Shown: positions 39,147 through 46,995, numbered from the stretch's first letter. The stretch: 64,000 nt of DNA from an uncultured virus (IMG/VR IMGVR_UViG_3300033145_002040) (IMGVR_UViG_3300033145_002040); one strand, 5' to 3'. Translations and numbers: made by a program. The notes: generated from the sequence alone by a model not told the origin.

Positions 39147-40253
39147 TTAATAGCTTTGCCGAGTCCTTTTACTTATCAATTTAATCAAAGGGATATTCCT
39201 AATCTTCTTAAACTTATCCTCTAAAAATATCTCATTATTTCTACATGTTTGACATATAGGCATATCTCTAGATTTAGAATGAGCTTCTCTAAACTTTTTG
39301 TACTTATCATTGTTCCATATTTTTTCAAAACCTTCTCGAAGCACATTCCCAAAGCAAACCTGTTTATCATAATAATAACAACAAGGAACAACATCTCCTT
39401 CCCAAGTTATATAACAGTTATGCCATGGCATATAGCATGAATATTTTGTAGAATTATATTTTAATTCATTGTTCGAATAGTCTTTGATATATGTATATAG
39501 GGGTTCAAGATTAAGGTCAGCTATAACAGTAGTTGAAGTGTCAATTTTCTTTAATGCATATCTTAGTTCTATCATTGTATTTTTTAATGTATAATCTTCA
39601 AACTCCTTAATATCATATTCGACAACAGGAGTCGGATTTATTTCATCTACCCCTAAGTCATCTGCCACCCGAATAATATTAGCTAAATCTTTGATGTTAT
39701 CTCTTTGTACGACAATAGCAACATCTATCCTTAAACTAGATCCCAGCTTATTCCTTAACTTTACTAACTTTTTTATATTCTTTTTAACAGTATATAAATC
39801 CCCATTTATACAAATATCCCCATAGATATTCTGAGTTGACCCATCAACAGAAATAGATATCTCATCCGCTCCAGATTCTAATAATCTATTCGAAACTTCA
39901 TATGTCATCAGCATGGCATTAGTATCCAATTTGACAAAAGAACCGTTTGCCTTTCCATATTTAATCATCTTAAATATATCTTTGTTCAAAAAGCTATCGG
40001 TATATCCAGTAAGGTTTAGATAAGGAGGCTTGACTTGATCATATATTTTCTTGAAGTTATCAAATGACATAAATCCCCTAGTCCTTTTCATATGTCTAAG
40101 TGCGCACATCTTACAGTTATAATTACATCCAACACCATTCTCTATTGCTAATCTTAAGGGGTAGGAGTAAGCCATAGGAGCACTTCTAAAGCAAGAAAAT
40201 GTTGCCGCTATAGTTCTTAGCGGAGCTCTTAAGAATATGTCTTTAGGAACCAT
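39147..40253 (-). CDS. Radical SAM/SPASM-twitch protein
   Basis: CNYNCKMC; CYMPW...GDVVPCC...CQTC. Confidence 0.9.
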   Translation of the reverse strand: MVPKDIFLRAPLRTIAATFSCFRSAPMAYSYPLRLAIENGVGCNYNCKMCALRHMKRTRGFMSFDNFKKIYDQVKPPYLNLTGYTDSFLNKDIFKMIKYGKANGSFVKLDTNAMLMTYEVSNRLLESGADEISISVDGSTQNIYGDICINGDLYTVKKNIKKLVKLRNKLGSSLRIDVAIVVQRDNIKDLANIIRVADDLGVDEINPTPVVEYDIKEFEDYTLKNTMIELRYALKKIDTSTTVIADLNLEPLYTYIKDYSNNELKYNSTKYSCYMPWHNCYITWEGDVVPCCYYYDKQVCFGNVLREGFEKIWNNDKYKKFREAHSKSRDMPICQTCRNNEIFLEDKFKKIRNIPLIKLISKRTRQSY

Positions 40254-40384
40254 AATAATCTAATCTGTTTAGTGATAATTTCTTTTTTGTTCTTGCCATC
40301 TTTCTGTATATATAATTTAATATAGGATATATTCCTATCAATATTAATAAAAAATAAAAATAAAATAATAAGGTTTAGTTATAA

Positions 40385-40774
40385 CTAAGCTACAGCTACA
40401 GGTGCTACTTCAGCTACAGCTACAGGTGCTACTTCAGCTACAGCTACAGGTGTTACTTCAGCTACAGCCATCAACTTGTCACGATGTTCATAATCTACAT
40501 AAACATCATATAGCTTTGGTGCGTTGTGACCAGCCTTTGCTTCGCCTTTGCCAAGATATACAATCTTGATCAAGTCGCCGGGTTTAACTGCGTTCATCTT
40601 CGGATCAAGAACTGCAGAGCCCCAAATAGCCATAGGCTTTTCTTCAACTTCAATGCTATAAAGCATAGAGTTATTTGTACCAACATTCTGCTCAGCTTTT
40701 ACAAAGATACCTTCAACTGACTCATTGTCTTCTTGCGGTTTCCATGTGTTAACTTCAACTTTTTCAAATGCCAT
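40385..40774 (-). CDS. Putative OB-fold ssDNA-binding protein with a VAEVAPVA-repeat tail
   Basis: WKP...VEG...IWGSAVLD...GDLIKIVYLG; 24-bp repeat x3 at ~40388-40468; GGAGG SD. Confidence 0.6.
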   Translation of the reverse strand: MAFEKVEVNTWKPQEDNESVEGIFVKAEQNVGTNNSMLYSIEVEEKPMAIWGSAVLDPKMNAVKPGDLIKIVYLGKGEAKAGHNAPKLYDVYVDYEHRDKLMAVAEVTPVAVAEVAPVAVAEVAPVAVA

Positions 40775-40830
40775 TTTTATTGCCTCCTATTTTATTTAAT
40801 TAATATAAATTTAAAAGTGAATAGTTATTC

Positions 40831-41040
40831 TTAATAACTAACTCCTATTTTATTTAGATTATTAATACCTTTATCTACTATTACTTCTTTGGTATCAACC
40901 TTATCTTTACAAAAAATACCAAATAGCAACATCGTTACCCCAAACCCTAATGCTACAAATTTAAGCTGATTATCCATATTCTCTAATATAATCGCAGCTA
41001 TAAACCCAGTAACTGATAAACTTAAATATGTTATTTCCAT
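40831..41040 (-). CDS. Small membrane protein
   Basis: Two TM; leaderless from the class A promoter. Confidence 0.65.
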   Translation of the reverse strand: MEITYLSLSVTGFIAAIILENMDNQLKFVALGFGVTMLLFGIFCKDKVDTKEVIVDKGINNLNKIGVSY

Positions 41041-41065
41041 CTTATATACTCTATATATACTATCC

Positions 41066-41099
41066 TTTATAAATCTTTTGGTACTACTACGGAGTAGTA
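41066..41099 (-). promoter_or_regulatory. Class A promoter
   Basis: TTTATAAATCTTTTGG-TACTACT-ACGG-AGTAGTA. Confidence 0.8.
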
Positions 41100-41139
41100 G
41101 TTCCGCATTTCTTTGAAATGCTATATTACTTTTAAGTTA

Positions 41140-41340
41140 CTACTTAAAAGTGTTCAACACTTCTTTATCATGTTTTATAGTTAAAATTCCCTTAACATTT
41201 TCCATAACAAAAATTTTAGGTTGTAATTGTTTTACAATTTCAACATATTCCTCAAATAATCTCCCCCTTGGGTCTTTCGGGTCTCTTAATCCAGCTAAAG
41301 AATATGCTTGACATGGAGGACCACCGACAATAACATCACA
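41140..41340 (-). pseudogene. C5-cytosine DNA methyltransferase, second fragment (motifs IV-VI), 3'-truncated
   Basis: CDVIVGGPPCQ...DPRGRLF...MENVKG then stop; later motifs absent. Confidence 0.88.
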
Positions 41341-41445
41341 CCGTTGCATTTAAATTAAACATAGTTATACACCATGTTTTTGCTATTTAATTGCTTTGCA
41401 TCGGACACCATAGGGTTCCGAGAATTGAATCGAAGTAAAGCAACT
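41341..41445 (-). ncRNA. Putative omega-RNA scaffold (3' part) overlapping the tnpB end
   Basis: GTTGC able to pair with terminal GCAAC; hairpins TCGGA...TCCGA and AAACATGGT-GTATA-ACTATGTTT; 5' boundary uncertain. Confidence 0.55.
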
Positions 41446-42488
41446 TTCGCTGACGTATAGTCTGCATTGTCTGAATAACCACAATTCAAACAGCAAAAGT
41501 CCTCTTGCGTTTTTCGATTCTTCTTGTCAACATAGTTACATTCTGGACAAGTTTGGCTATTCCTAAAATTGCTAACAGTCCTGTAAGGAACACGGTTCAC
41601 ATCACAGTTTGCTTTCAATCTGTCATAGGCATAACTAACAGTCCACTTGCTGACAAAGAAACGGACATTTTTACTCAACCGTTTTTTGAGTTTCATATTT
41701 TTATGAATATTAAATAATTTCTCAACAACCACTAAGCTGTATAAGTTGTAGTTTAAGTTTTTGATATTGTAGTCTATAAATTCTTTCAATTCTTCTTTAC
41801 ACCTATACCAAGCATTACTATGTTGTTTTTTTCTTTTAAGTTTGATTAGGAGGTCTTTATATCCTTCTCCAATGGTCTCACGATTAGATGTTGCAATAAA
41901 TTTGTTTATACCAAAGTCCATACCTATTTGTTCTCCAGAATCAATTTCTTTTTTAGGAGGAGTTTGAGTTTCAAAAGTAAACATAATATAATCTTTGTGG
42001 AGAGTAATTGACTTACTCAACTTCCAATTTTTAAATTTATTATAATGTTCATGTTTTTTTAGTGGAATATGTATCTTCATTTTGTCGCCAATACAACCAA
42101 GCGTAACCATTAAATCAAATTCTTTAGTGTTTGGTTTATTTGAAATAGTTGCAATAGTTTCAGACAATATAAGCCTCTTACCATAATGTTTTGGTCTGAT
42201 GTAATTTTGTTTTCTTGTTTTAGCATTAGATTTAGCTGACTGCACTAGACCATACCCTTCAGAAAAAGCATTCTTTATTAGTCGTGCTGATAACCAAGTG
42301 TCAAATGAATGTATATATTCTTTCTTTAGTAAATCATATTTCCTCTGTCGTGGAATTTCTTTTTGATATTTTCCAATGAACAGATTAACAACCCTGGAGT
42401 ATTCCTTAATAACTTTGTCTAACTGACCTTGTTTGTTCTTTGTTATGAACTTCTTGAAATAACATTTAGTGCTTCTTTTAATTTTCAT
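41355..42488 (-). CDS. tnpB: TnpB / Cas12f-like RNA-guided nuclease
   Basis: RuvC-I GMDFG, RuvC-II VVEKL, Zn finger CPEC...CLNC, RuvC-III NADYTSA; catalytic D/E/D intact. Confidence 0.92.
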   Translation of the reverse strand: MKIKRSTKCYFKKFITKNKQGQLDKVIKEYSRVVNLFIGKYQKEIPRQRKYDLLKKEYIHSFDTWLSARLIKNAFSEGYGLVQSAKSNAKTRKQNYIRPKHYGKRLILSETIATISNKPNTKEFDLMVTLGCIGDKMKIHIPLKKHEHYNKFKNWKLSKSITLHKDYIMFTFETQTPPKKEIDSGEQIGMDFGINKFIATSNRETIGEGYKDLLIKLKRKKQHSNAWYRCKEELKEFIDYNIKNLNYNLYSLVVVEKLFNIHKNMKLKKRLSKNVRFFVSKWTVSYAYDRLKANCDVNRVPYRTVSNFRNSQTCPECNYVDKKNRKTQEDFCCLNCGYSDNADYTSAKVALLRFNSRNPMVSDAKQLNSKNMVYNYV

Positions 42489-42490
42489 TT

Positions 42491-43090
42491 TTATCTTTCC
42501 TTTTTGAATCTTGCTGAAACTTGAGTATTAAATTCAGCAGGGTCGTACCAAAAACACCCAATACAACTACCTATATATTCTCTTGGACCAATCCATTGAG
42601 AATTTTTATAACCTAATCTTTTAGCATTAAATCTTATCCCTGTTTTTTTACAATCCTTACAATGTTGTCTCTTTGCATCATTTGCAGTTTTATGTAATGG
42701 TTGAAAATCTTCTTTCTTTTGTTTTTGCGAGAAACCAAAATCATCTTTTCTTCCATCTTTGTGGTCAACTTCAATATATTGCCCTTTAATATTTAATAAT
42801 TTACATGGTAATTTCTGATAAAGGTCTAATATTTCTTTTTTAATCTTGTTATCAAACTTATTCTTTTTATACCCTGTAAGTTGAACCCCTACAATTCTGC
42901 CTTTCTCTTTTATTCTATTAATATTAAAATATCTTCCTAATGGACCATCAGACCTACACCAATCTCCCCCATTAATTGTTCTAAGATTATGTTTTGTTAA
43001 TTTTTCTAAATGAACAATATCCGAGAATCCATTATCATAATTAACATTACAAATCTCACAAAATACCCATCCTTTAGAACCCCTTTTCTT
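42491..43090 (-). pseudogene. NlaIII/IceA1-like HNH restriction endonuclease frame lacking a start codon (not in ORF track)
   Basis: ~199 open codons: NGGDWCRSD, IEVDHKDGRKDD, DFQPLHKTANDAKRQHCKDC, CIGCFWYDP. Confidence 0.85.
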
Positions 43091-43301
43091 TCATATATTC
43101 AATTATTTCATTTTTAACATTGGGGTCGGTAATATCTCCTAAAAAGAATTTTGCTTTTGGATGGTTTTTTTGGAATGTCTTTCCTGCGTGTTCTAAAATA
43201 TCATTACCTACGACAATTTCATAACCAGCCATTTCAAAACCTTGACTTAATCCACCACATCCAGAGAATAAATCTAATACCTTATGTTTATTTTTCATCA
43301 T
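43080..43301 (-). pseudogene. C5-cytosine DNA methyltransferase, N-terminal fragment (motifs I-III)
   Basis: VLDLFSGCGG, GDIT; ends at the insertion junction. Confidence 0.88.
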
Positions 43302-43491
43302 CTTTTTTAACTCCATTTTTCTTTTCCAAATCCCAATAAGCACTTTTGCACTTTGGACAAATTCTTGGCTTATCTTTTAATTCTCCTTCTAATTGTAATA
43401 ATTCAACTCTTGGTATCCATTCATGCCCACATCTCAAACATTTGAAGGCATTAACTACCATCTTAATCTTATACTTCTCTTTAATGTTCAT
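43288..43491 (-). CDS. Small zinc-ribbon protein, copy 1
   Basis: CLRCGHEWIPR...PRICPKCKSAYWD. Confidence 0.8.
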   Translation of the reverse strand: MNIKEKYKIKMVVNAFKCLRCGHEWIPRVELLQLEGELKDKPRICPKCKSAYWDLEKKNGVKKDDEK

Positions 43492-43597
43492 AGTTTATTT
43501 AAGTCTTTCTTCTTTAAGAATTCTTTCTGCCATTCTTTTAGTTTGATTTCCATTGTTTTGTTTAATAAGGAATTTCCTTATTATACCCGTGATTATA

Positions 43598-43682
43598 TCA
43601 GGGTAAGAGGAATCGAACCTCCCTTTGTCGGAGCCCTTTTCTTAACGTCCGCTCCTCGGTTTTCCCAGTTACCTATACCCCG
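43598..43682 (-). ncRNA. tRNA-like element with enlarged 16-nt anticodon loop; identity undetermined
   Basis: Acceptor CGGGGTA/TACCCTG-A; T-arm GGAGG-TTCGATT-CCTCT; D-arm GGT...ACC; GGAGC-n16-GCTCC. Confidence 0.6.
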
Positions 43683-43686
43683 TTAG

Positions 43687-43856
43687 TATAAAATGTGGGC
43701 GTTTAGGTTACCTAATCTTCTCCATCATTGAACAACCCACATTTCTGGCTCTTTGTCCAGTCGTCACCAAAGGCTCTTCCTCCCTTAGTTGATAGGTCTT
43801 TAGCCTAACAATGCAAACGGCAGTAAAATTGCAACTGCGATTAATCTATTTTCGTT
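43687..43856 (-). ncRNA. Unrecognised structured RNA, copy A
   Basis: Shares conserved blocks and covarying stems with 60428-60615. Confidence 0.7.
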
Positions 43857-44034
43857 TGTTTTCTTTTCCGAAGTTTATATTTTCGGACTTCATTATTTCT
43901 ACATTTCAAAAAAACACCTATAACCCCCAAATGTGCAGTTTTCCTTTTTTGAAATTCTTTTAATGGCTTATATTCTTTACATTGATAACATTGCAATTTA
44001 CCATCGACTAGCTTTTTTTTATTTTGTCCTGCCT

Positions 44035-44325
44035 TTATACAATATAAGTCTTCTTTCCCTTTATAGCATTATCCTCAATTCTCTTTTTCAACCAAGCTAA
44101 GAGTTTATTATGATCATAAAAACTCAACCGCTCACCCTCATCAATCACGACGCAACCAATCACAAATTTCCTAGAATTTAGAACCGGATAATAATTCCCC
44201 TTTGTCTTGATCTTATCAAATTCTTTCCGATCCGAATCAGTAATCATCTGAGCCTTAATCTGATCTCCGGATTTTTTAGTTCCATCCCAAACTTCATAAG
44301 TTTCAATATCAAAAGCTATCCACAT
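44035..44325 (-). pseudogene. Truncated DEDD 3'-5' exonuclease N-terminus (PolB-type ExoI)
   Basis: MWIAFDIET...FVIGC...KTYIV then stop where ExoII is expected. Confidence 0.5.
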
Positions 44326-44786
44326 TTTATTAAAATTCCATTTATTTCTTTTGGTGGCTTAACCCCTATTCCAAATAGAACACTTCCAAAACGAGGACTT
44401 GTCTGTTTTCTTTCATTATGCTCATAAGCTGTTCTCCCTTTCAAAATAAAAATCCAATCTGCTCTTTTTGAAATAATCTCTTGCCAAAGCTTACTTTCTA
44501 AATTATCTCCTCGATAAATTCCAATTCCCCTCTTTATTATTTTAAAAAAATGTTTAATCATTTCTTCTGCTTTAGAAAATGGTGGATTAATCCAGCAAAC
44601 ATTATTATCATTATTTAAATTTCTATTTAAAAAATCATCACACCAAAATTCACATTTCTTATTTTCATAAGAAGCACAACAATCTAATCTAAAATTATAT
44701 TGTAAATTCAAAATATCAAATAATTCTTTAGGAGTTTCCCAATCATCTCTCTCACTATTATTCCCTTTTCCATCATTTCCTCCCAT
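44316..44786 (-). CDS. Phage-type Dam-like N6-adenine methyltransferase
   Basis: DDWETP, LDCCAS, WINPPFS. Confidence 0.85.
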   Translation of the reverse strand: MGGNDGKGNNSERDDWETPKELFDILNLQYNFRLDCCASYENKKCEFWCDDFLNRNLNNDNNVCWINPPFSKAEEMIKHFFKIIKRGIGIYRGDNLESKLWQEIISKRADWIFILKGRTAYEHNERKQTSPRFGSVLFGIGVKPPKEINGILIKCG

Positions 44787-44964
44787 TACATAAACCCCGA
44801 CAAAGTATTTTTAATTCTATTGTCTCGCCCCAACTTTCCAATTCTCTCATTCTCAGCCTTCACTCTTTTTCTCATGTAAAATTAGGCAGGATACCCGAGT
44901 CTTTAGCGTGTGGGAGAATCATTTCCTCAATAGAATCCCCACAGATTATTTTATTTTTTATCAT
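44786..44964 (-). pseudogene. Internally deleted beta-class DNA methyltransferase remnant interrupted by the mini-element
   Basis: MIKNKIICGDSIEEM resembles beta-MTase N-termini (cf. MEKNKIYNGDC at 36338). Confidence 0.55.
44876..44922 (+). mobile_element. 47-bp chimeric left-end/right-end mini-element (PATE-like)
   Basis: TCAT|GTAAAATTAGGCAGGATACCCGAGTCTTTAG-CGTGTGGGAGAATCAT; halves match the two ends of the 35488-36384 element. Confidence 0.7.
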
Positions 44965-45124
44965 CTTTTTTAACTCCGTTTTTCTTTTCTAAATCCCAAT
45001 ATGCACTTTTACACTTTGGACAAATTCTTGGCTTATCTTTTAATTCTCCTTCTAACTGTGACAATTCAACTCTAGGTATCCACTTGTGACCACACCTTAA
45101 ACATTCAAAGGCATTAACCACCAT
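44951..45124 (-). CDS. Small zinc-ribbon protein, copy 2 (57 aa, not in ORF track)
   Basis: MVVNAFECLRCGHKWIPR...CPKCKSAYWDLEKKNGVKKDDKK; near-identical to copy 1. Confidence 0.75.
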   Translation of the reverse strand: MVVNAFECLRCGHKWIPRVELSQLEGELKDKPRICPKCKSAYWDLEKKNGVKKDDKK

Positions 45125-45132
45125 CTTAATCT

Positions 45133-45180
45133 GGCTTTGTTTAATAAGTCTGGTGTTATTTGGACTTATTAAACAAAGCC
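45133..45180. repeat. Perfect 18-bp inverted repeat with 12-bp spacer beside the recombinase gene
   Basis: GGCTTTGTTTAATAAGTC-TGGTGTTATTTG-GACTTATTAAACAAAGCC. Confidence 0.85.
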
Positions 45181-45200
45181 GGTACTACTATAAAGTAGTA
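45167..45200 (-). promoter_or_regulatory. Class A palindrome with variant BRE/TATA
   Basis: TACTACT-ATAA-AGTAGTA at 45183-45200. Confidence 0.6.
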
Positions 45201-45202
45201 TA

Positions 45203-45841
45203 TTACAGCCCTCTTTCAAGGACACTTGCAATAGCATCTTCAGCAGAACGCTGCGCATATCTAGAAGTTGTTGCTAAATTTGCGTGCCCAAGTAACCGTT
45301 GGACATCGTTAAGTTTAACTCCATTCTTTATTAAATATTGTGTGAAATAATGCCTTAGACAATGAAAATGATATTTGTATCTTGGTCTTCCAGCATCATC
45401 CGTATAAATTACACTATTTATTCCAGCTCTTTTAGAAGCACTTAAAAATGCTTTTGATATAGCTCTTTCTTTTATGTCTATAGGAAAATATTTTAGATGA
45501 TTAGTTTTCAGATGTTTCGGTGTATTGACAACTCTATCTCTAGCACCTTTAGCTTGCCTTATAAATAATTTATGTTCTTTTAAATTTATATCATTAATAT
45601 CAAGCTTAGATATTTCTGACACCCTAAGTCCACTCTCTGCAGCCAATATAAAGCATATATAATGAACAGGTTTATGTACAGCTTTTAATAACTTTAAAAA
45701 TTCATCTTCAGATAAAGCAGTATATATTCTACTCTTTTTTTTGATTTTTGGACTTGATTCAAGAGAGACTAATCTTTTCCCATATTCTTCCGGAGTAATC
45801 AAACCTTCTTCATAAGCTTTTCTTAATTCCTTCCTATTCAT
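45203..45841 (-). CDS. Tyrosine recombinase, catalytic domain only (Xer/integrase-like)
   Basis: GLRVSE, K, HCLRH, LLGHANLATTSRY; no core-binding domain. Confidence 0.92.
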   Translation of the reverse strand: MNRKELRKAYEEGLITPEEYGKRLVSLESSPKIKKKSRIYTALSEDEFLKLLKAVHKPVHYICFILAAESGLRVSEISKLDINDINLKEHKLFIRQAKGARDRVVNTPKHLKTNHLKYFPIDIKERAISKAFLSASKRAGINSVIYTDDAGRPRYKYHFHCLRHYFTQYLIKNGVKLNDVQRLLGHANLATTSRYAQRSAEDAIASVLERGL

Positions 45842-46050
45842 TAATATTTTCTCCTAGAGAATATTAAATATAGTAAAGGCAATATCCCGAAAGTATTAAA
45901 TATTAGAAGGACCCAAAACCAAATTTTAGATTCTTTTCTAGCTGCTCTATAAAGAGCTAACCCTTTCACTATAAGAATTGCAAATAATATTAATACAACA
46001 TTAAAAGCGTTATTCGCAACCCAATTGCTAATTATTATTAAATCTATCAT
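45841..46050 (-). CDS. Small membrane protein (DUF5652-like)
   Basis: KGLALYRAAR...WFWVLLIFNTFGILPLLYL. Confidence 0.7.
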   Translation of the reverse strand: MIDLIIISNWVANNAFNVVLILFAILIVKGLALYRAARKESKIWFWVLLIFNTFGILPLLYLIFSRRKY

Positions 46051-46109
46051 TTATTTTTACCTCCTTCATATTTATATGCTTTTATTTCTACCATCTTGTA
46101 ATATAAACT

Positions 46110-46493
46110 TTACCCTTTATAAACCTTCCGGTTCAATTTCTGTTCTTTCAGCAACTGTTCTATTGCTATAAAAAATCCCTTAGTATGATATTTGTAACGT
46201 TCTATAAGTGAAAGAATCTGGTGTTCTCCTCTTGTAATAGTTATCCCGTTATCTAATCTCCATAACTCTTTACAATTTTCCGCATCTTCAACACTTGAAA
46301 TTTTGTTTCTTAATATAATATCTCTAAACGGATCTTTATGGTGAACTTGAAGATTTTTTAACTTCTCATCATCTCTAAGTAAAACCGCTTGTCTCCATGC
46401 TTTATATTTATCGCAATTTCTTATTTTTAAGCACAACTTATTCAGTTCTTTTTTATCACTCGTTATCGCTTGGCTCTTGCAGATACTCTTCAT
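46110..46493 (-). CDS. HNH-like endonuclease, possibly degenerate
   Basis: YKAWRQAVLLRD, LQVHHK, NGITITRGEH; Zn cysteines missing. Confidence 0.65.
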   Translation of the reverse strand: MKSICKSQAITSDKKELNKLCLKIRNCDKYKAWRQAVLLRDDEKLKNLQVHHKDPFRDIILRNKISSVEDAENCKELWRLDNGITITRGEHQILSLIERYKYHTKGFFIAIEQLLKEQKLNRKVYKG

Positions 46494-46656
46494 AATTATC
46501 TATAGTCATATCAAATCTTCTTGTGATTTTGCCAGTACACTCACACCCGTAGGGACAAGCCATCTCATTGGAGATCTTATCTTGTGTATTAATGTACCAT
46601 TTACGGCCGCAACCAATACATTGATATTGCTCTAAAATTATTTTAATTTTTCTCAT
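46456..46656 (-). CDS. Zinc-ribbon protein
   Basis: CIGC...CPYGC. Confidence 0.65.
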   Translation of the reverse strand: MRKIKIILEQYQCIGCGRKWYINTQDKISNEMACPYGCECTGKITRRFDMTIDNYEEYLQEPSDNE

Positions 46657-46823
46657 TTTAATTTTTTAATACTATCTCCATTTTGGTTTGTTTTAAAGGT
46701 AGTCCTGTCTTTAAATTCAGCAGCTTTCCCCTCATTCCATCTTGAGGTAGGGCGCAAATATCCAACAACGCGACTCCAAATTTCACAACGAGTTCTTTCT
46801 CTAATTATTTTTTCCTCTTTCAT
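46653..46823 (-). CDS. Stand-alone NrdD-type glycyl-radical domain peptide (56 aa, not in ORF track)
   Basis: RTRCEIWSRVVGYLRPTSRWNEGKAAEFKDR; ATGA overlap with next gene. Confidence 0.85.
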   Translation of the reverse strand: MKEEKIIRERTRCEIWSRVVGYLRPTSRWNEGKAAEFKDRTTFKTNQNGDSIKKLK

Positions 46824-46961
46824 ATGATCCTTCCTCTTCCCTCATTCTAAGTTTCCTATAAGGGAAACCTTTATTCCGTTTAATCTTATCCTTCCTCTTG
46901 TTGCGATTTTCAAATTGTGTATCCATTATAGAATAGGTATACAATATTATAGTAGATCTGC

Positions 46962-46995
46962 TTTATAAATCTTTCGGTACTACTATTTAGTAGTA
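46962..46995 (-). promoter_or_regulatory. Class A promoter
   Basis: TTTATAAATCTTTCGG-TACTACT-ATTT-AGTAGTA. Confidence 0.8.

Larger units (their letters stand above)
41341..43079 (-). mobile_element. GG-bounded IS607-like TnpB element carrying an NlaIII/IceA1-like nuclease, inserted in the C5-MTase gene
   Basis: Junctions AAGG[GG]|TTCT... and ...AATGCAAC[GG]|TGTGAT; excision gives AAG GGG TGT GAT (K-G-C-D) in frame. Confidence 0.8.

Noticed and set aside
41355..42488. Type V-F CRISPR-Cas12f system
   Set aside because: The AATGCAAC end resembles Cas12f repeat ends but I see it only once here, with no array; a single-guide TnpB is simpler
41341..43079. IStron (group I intron + TnpB) that splices out to restore the MTase
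   Set aside because: The left end starts directly in nuclease-coding sequence with no room for an intron core, and the MTase is also 3'-truncated
43687..43856. Novel RNA acting as tracrRNA for TnpB, or as tmRNA
   Set aside because: Complementarity to AATGCAAC is only ~7 nt and is explained by the internal pseudoknot; tmRNA is bacterial, no SmpB is present, and copy B has no tRNA-like domain
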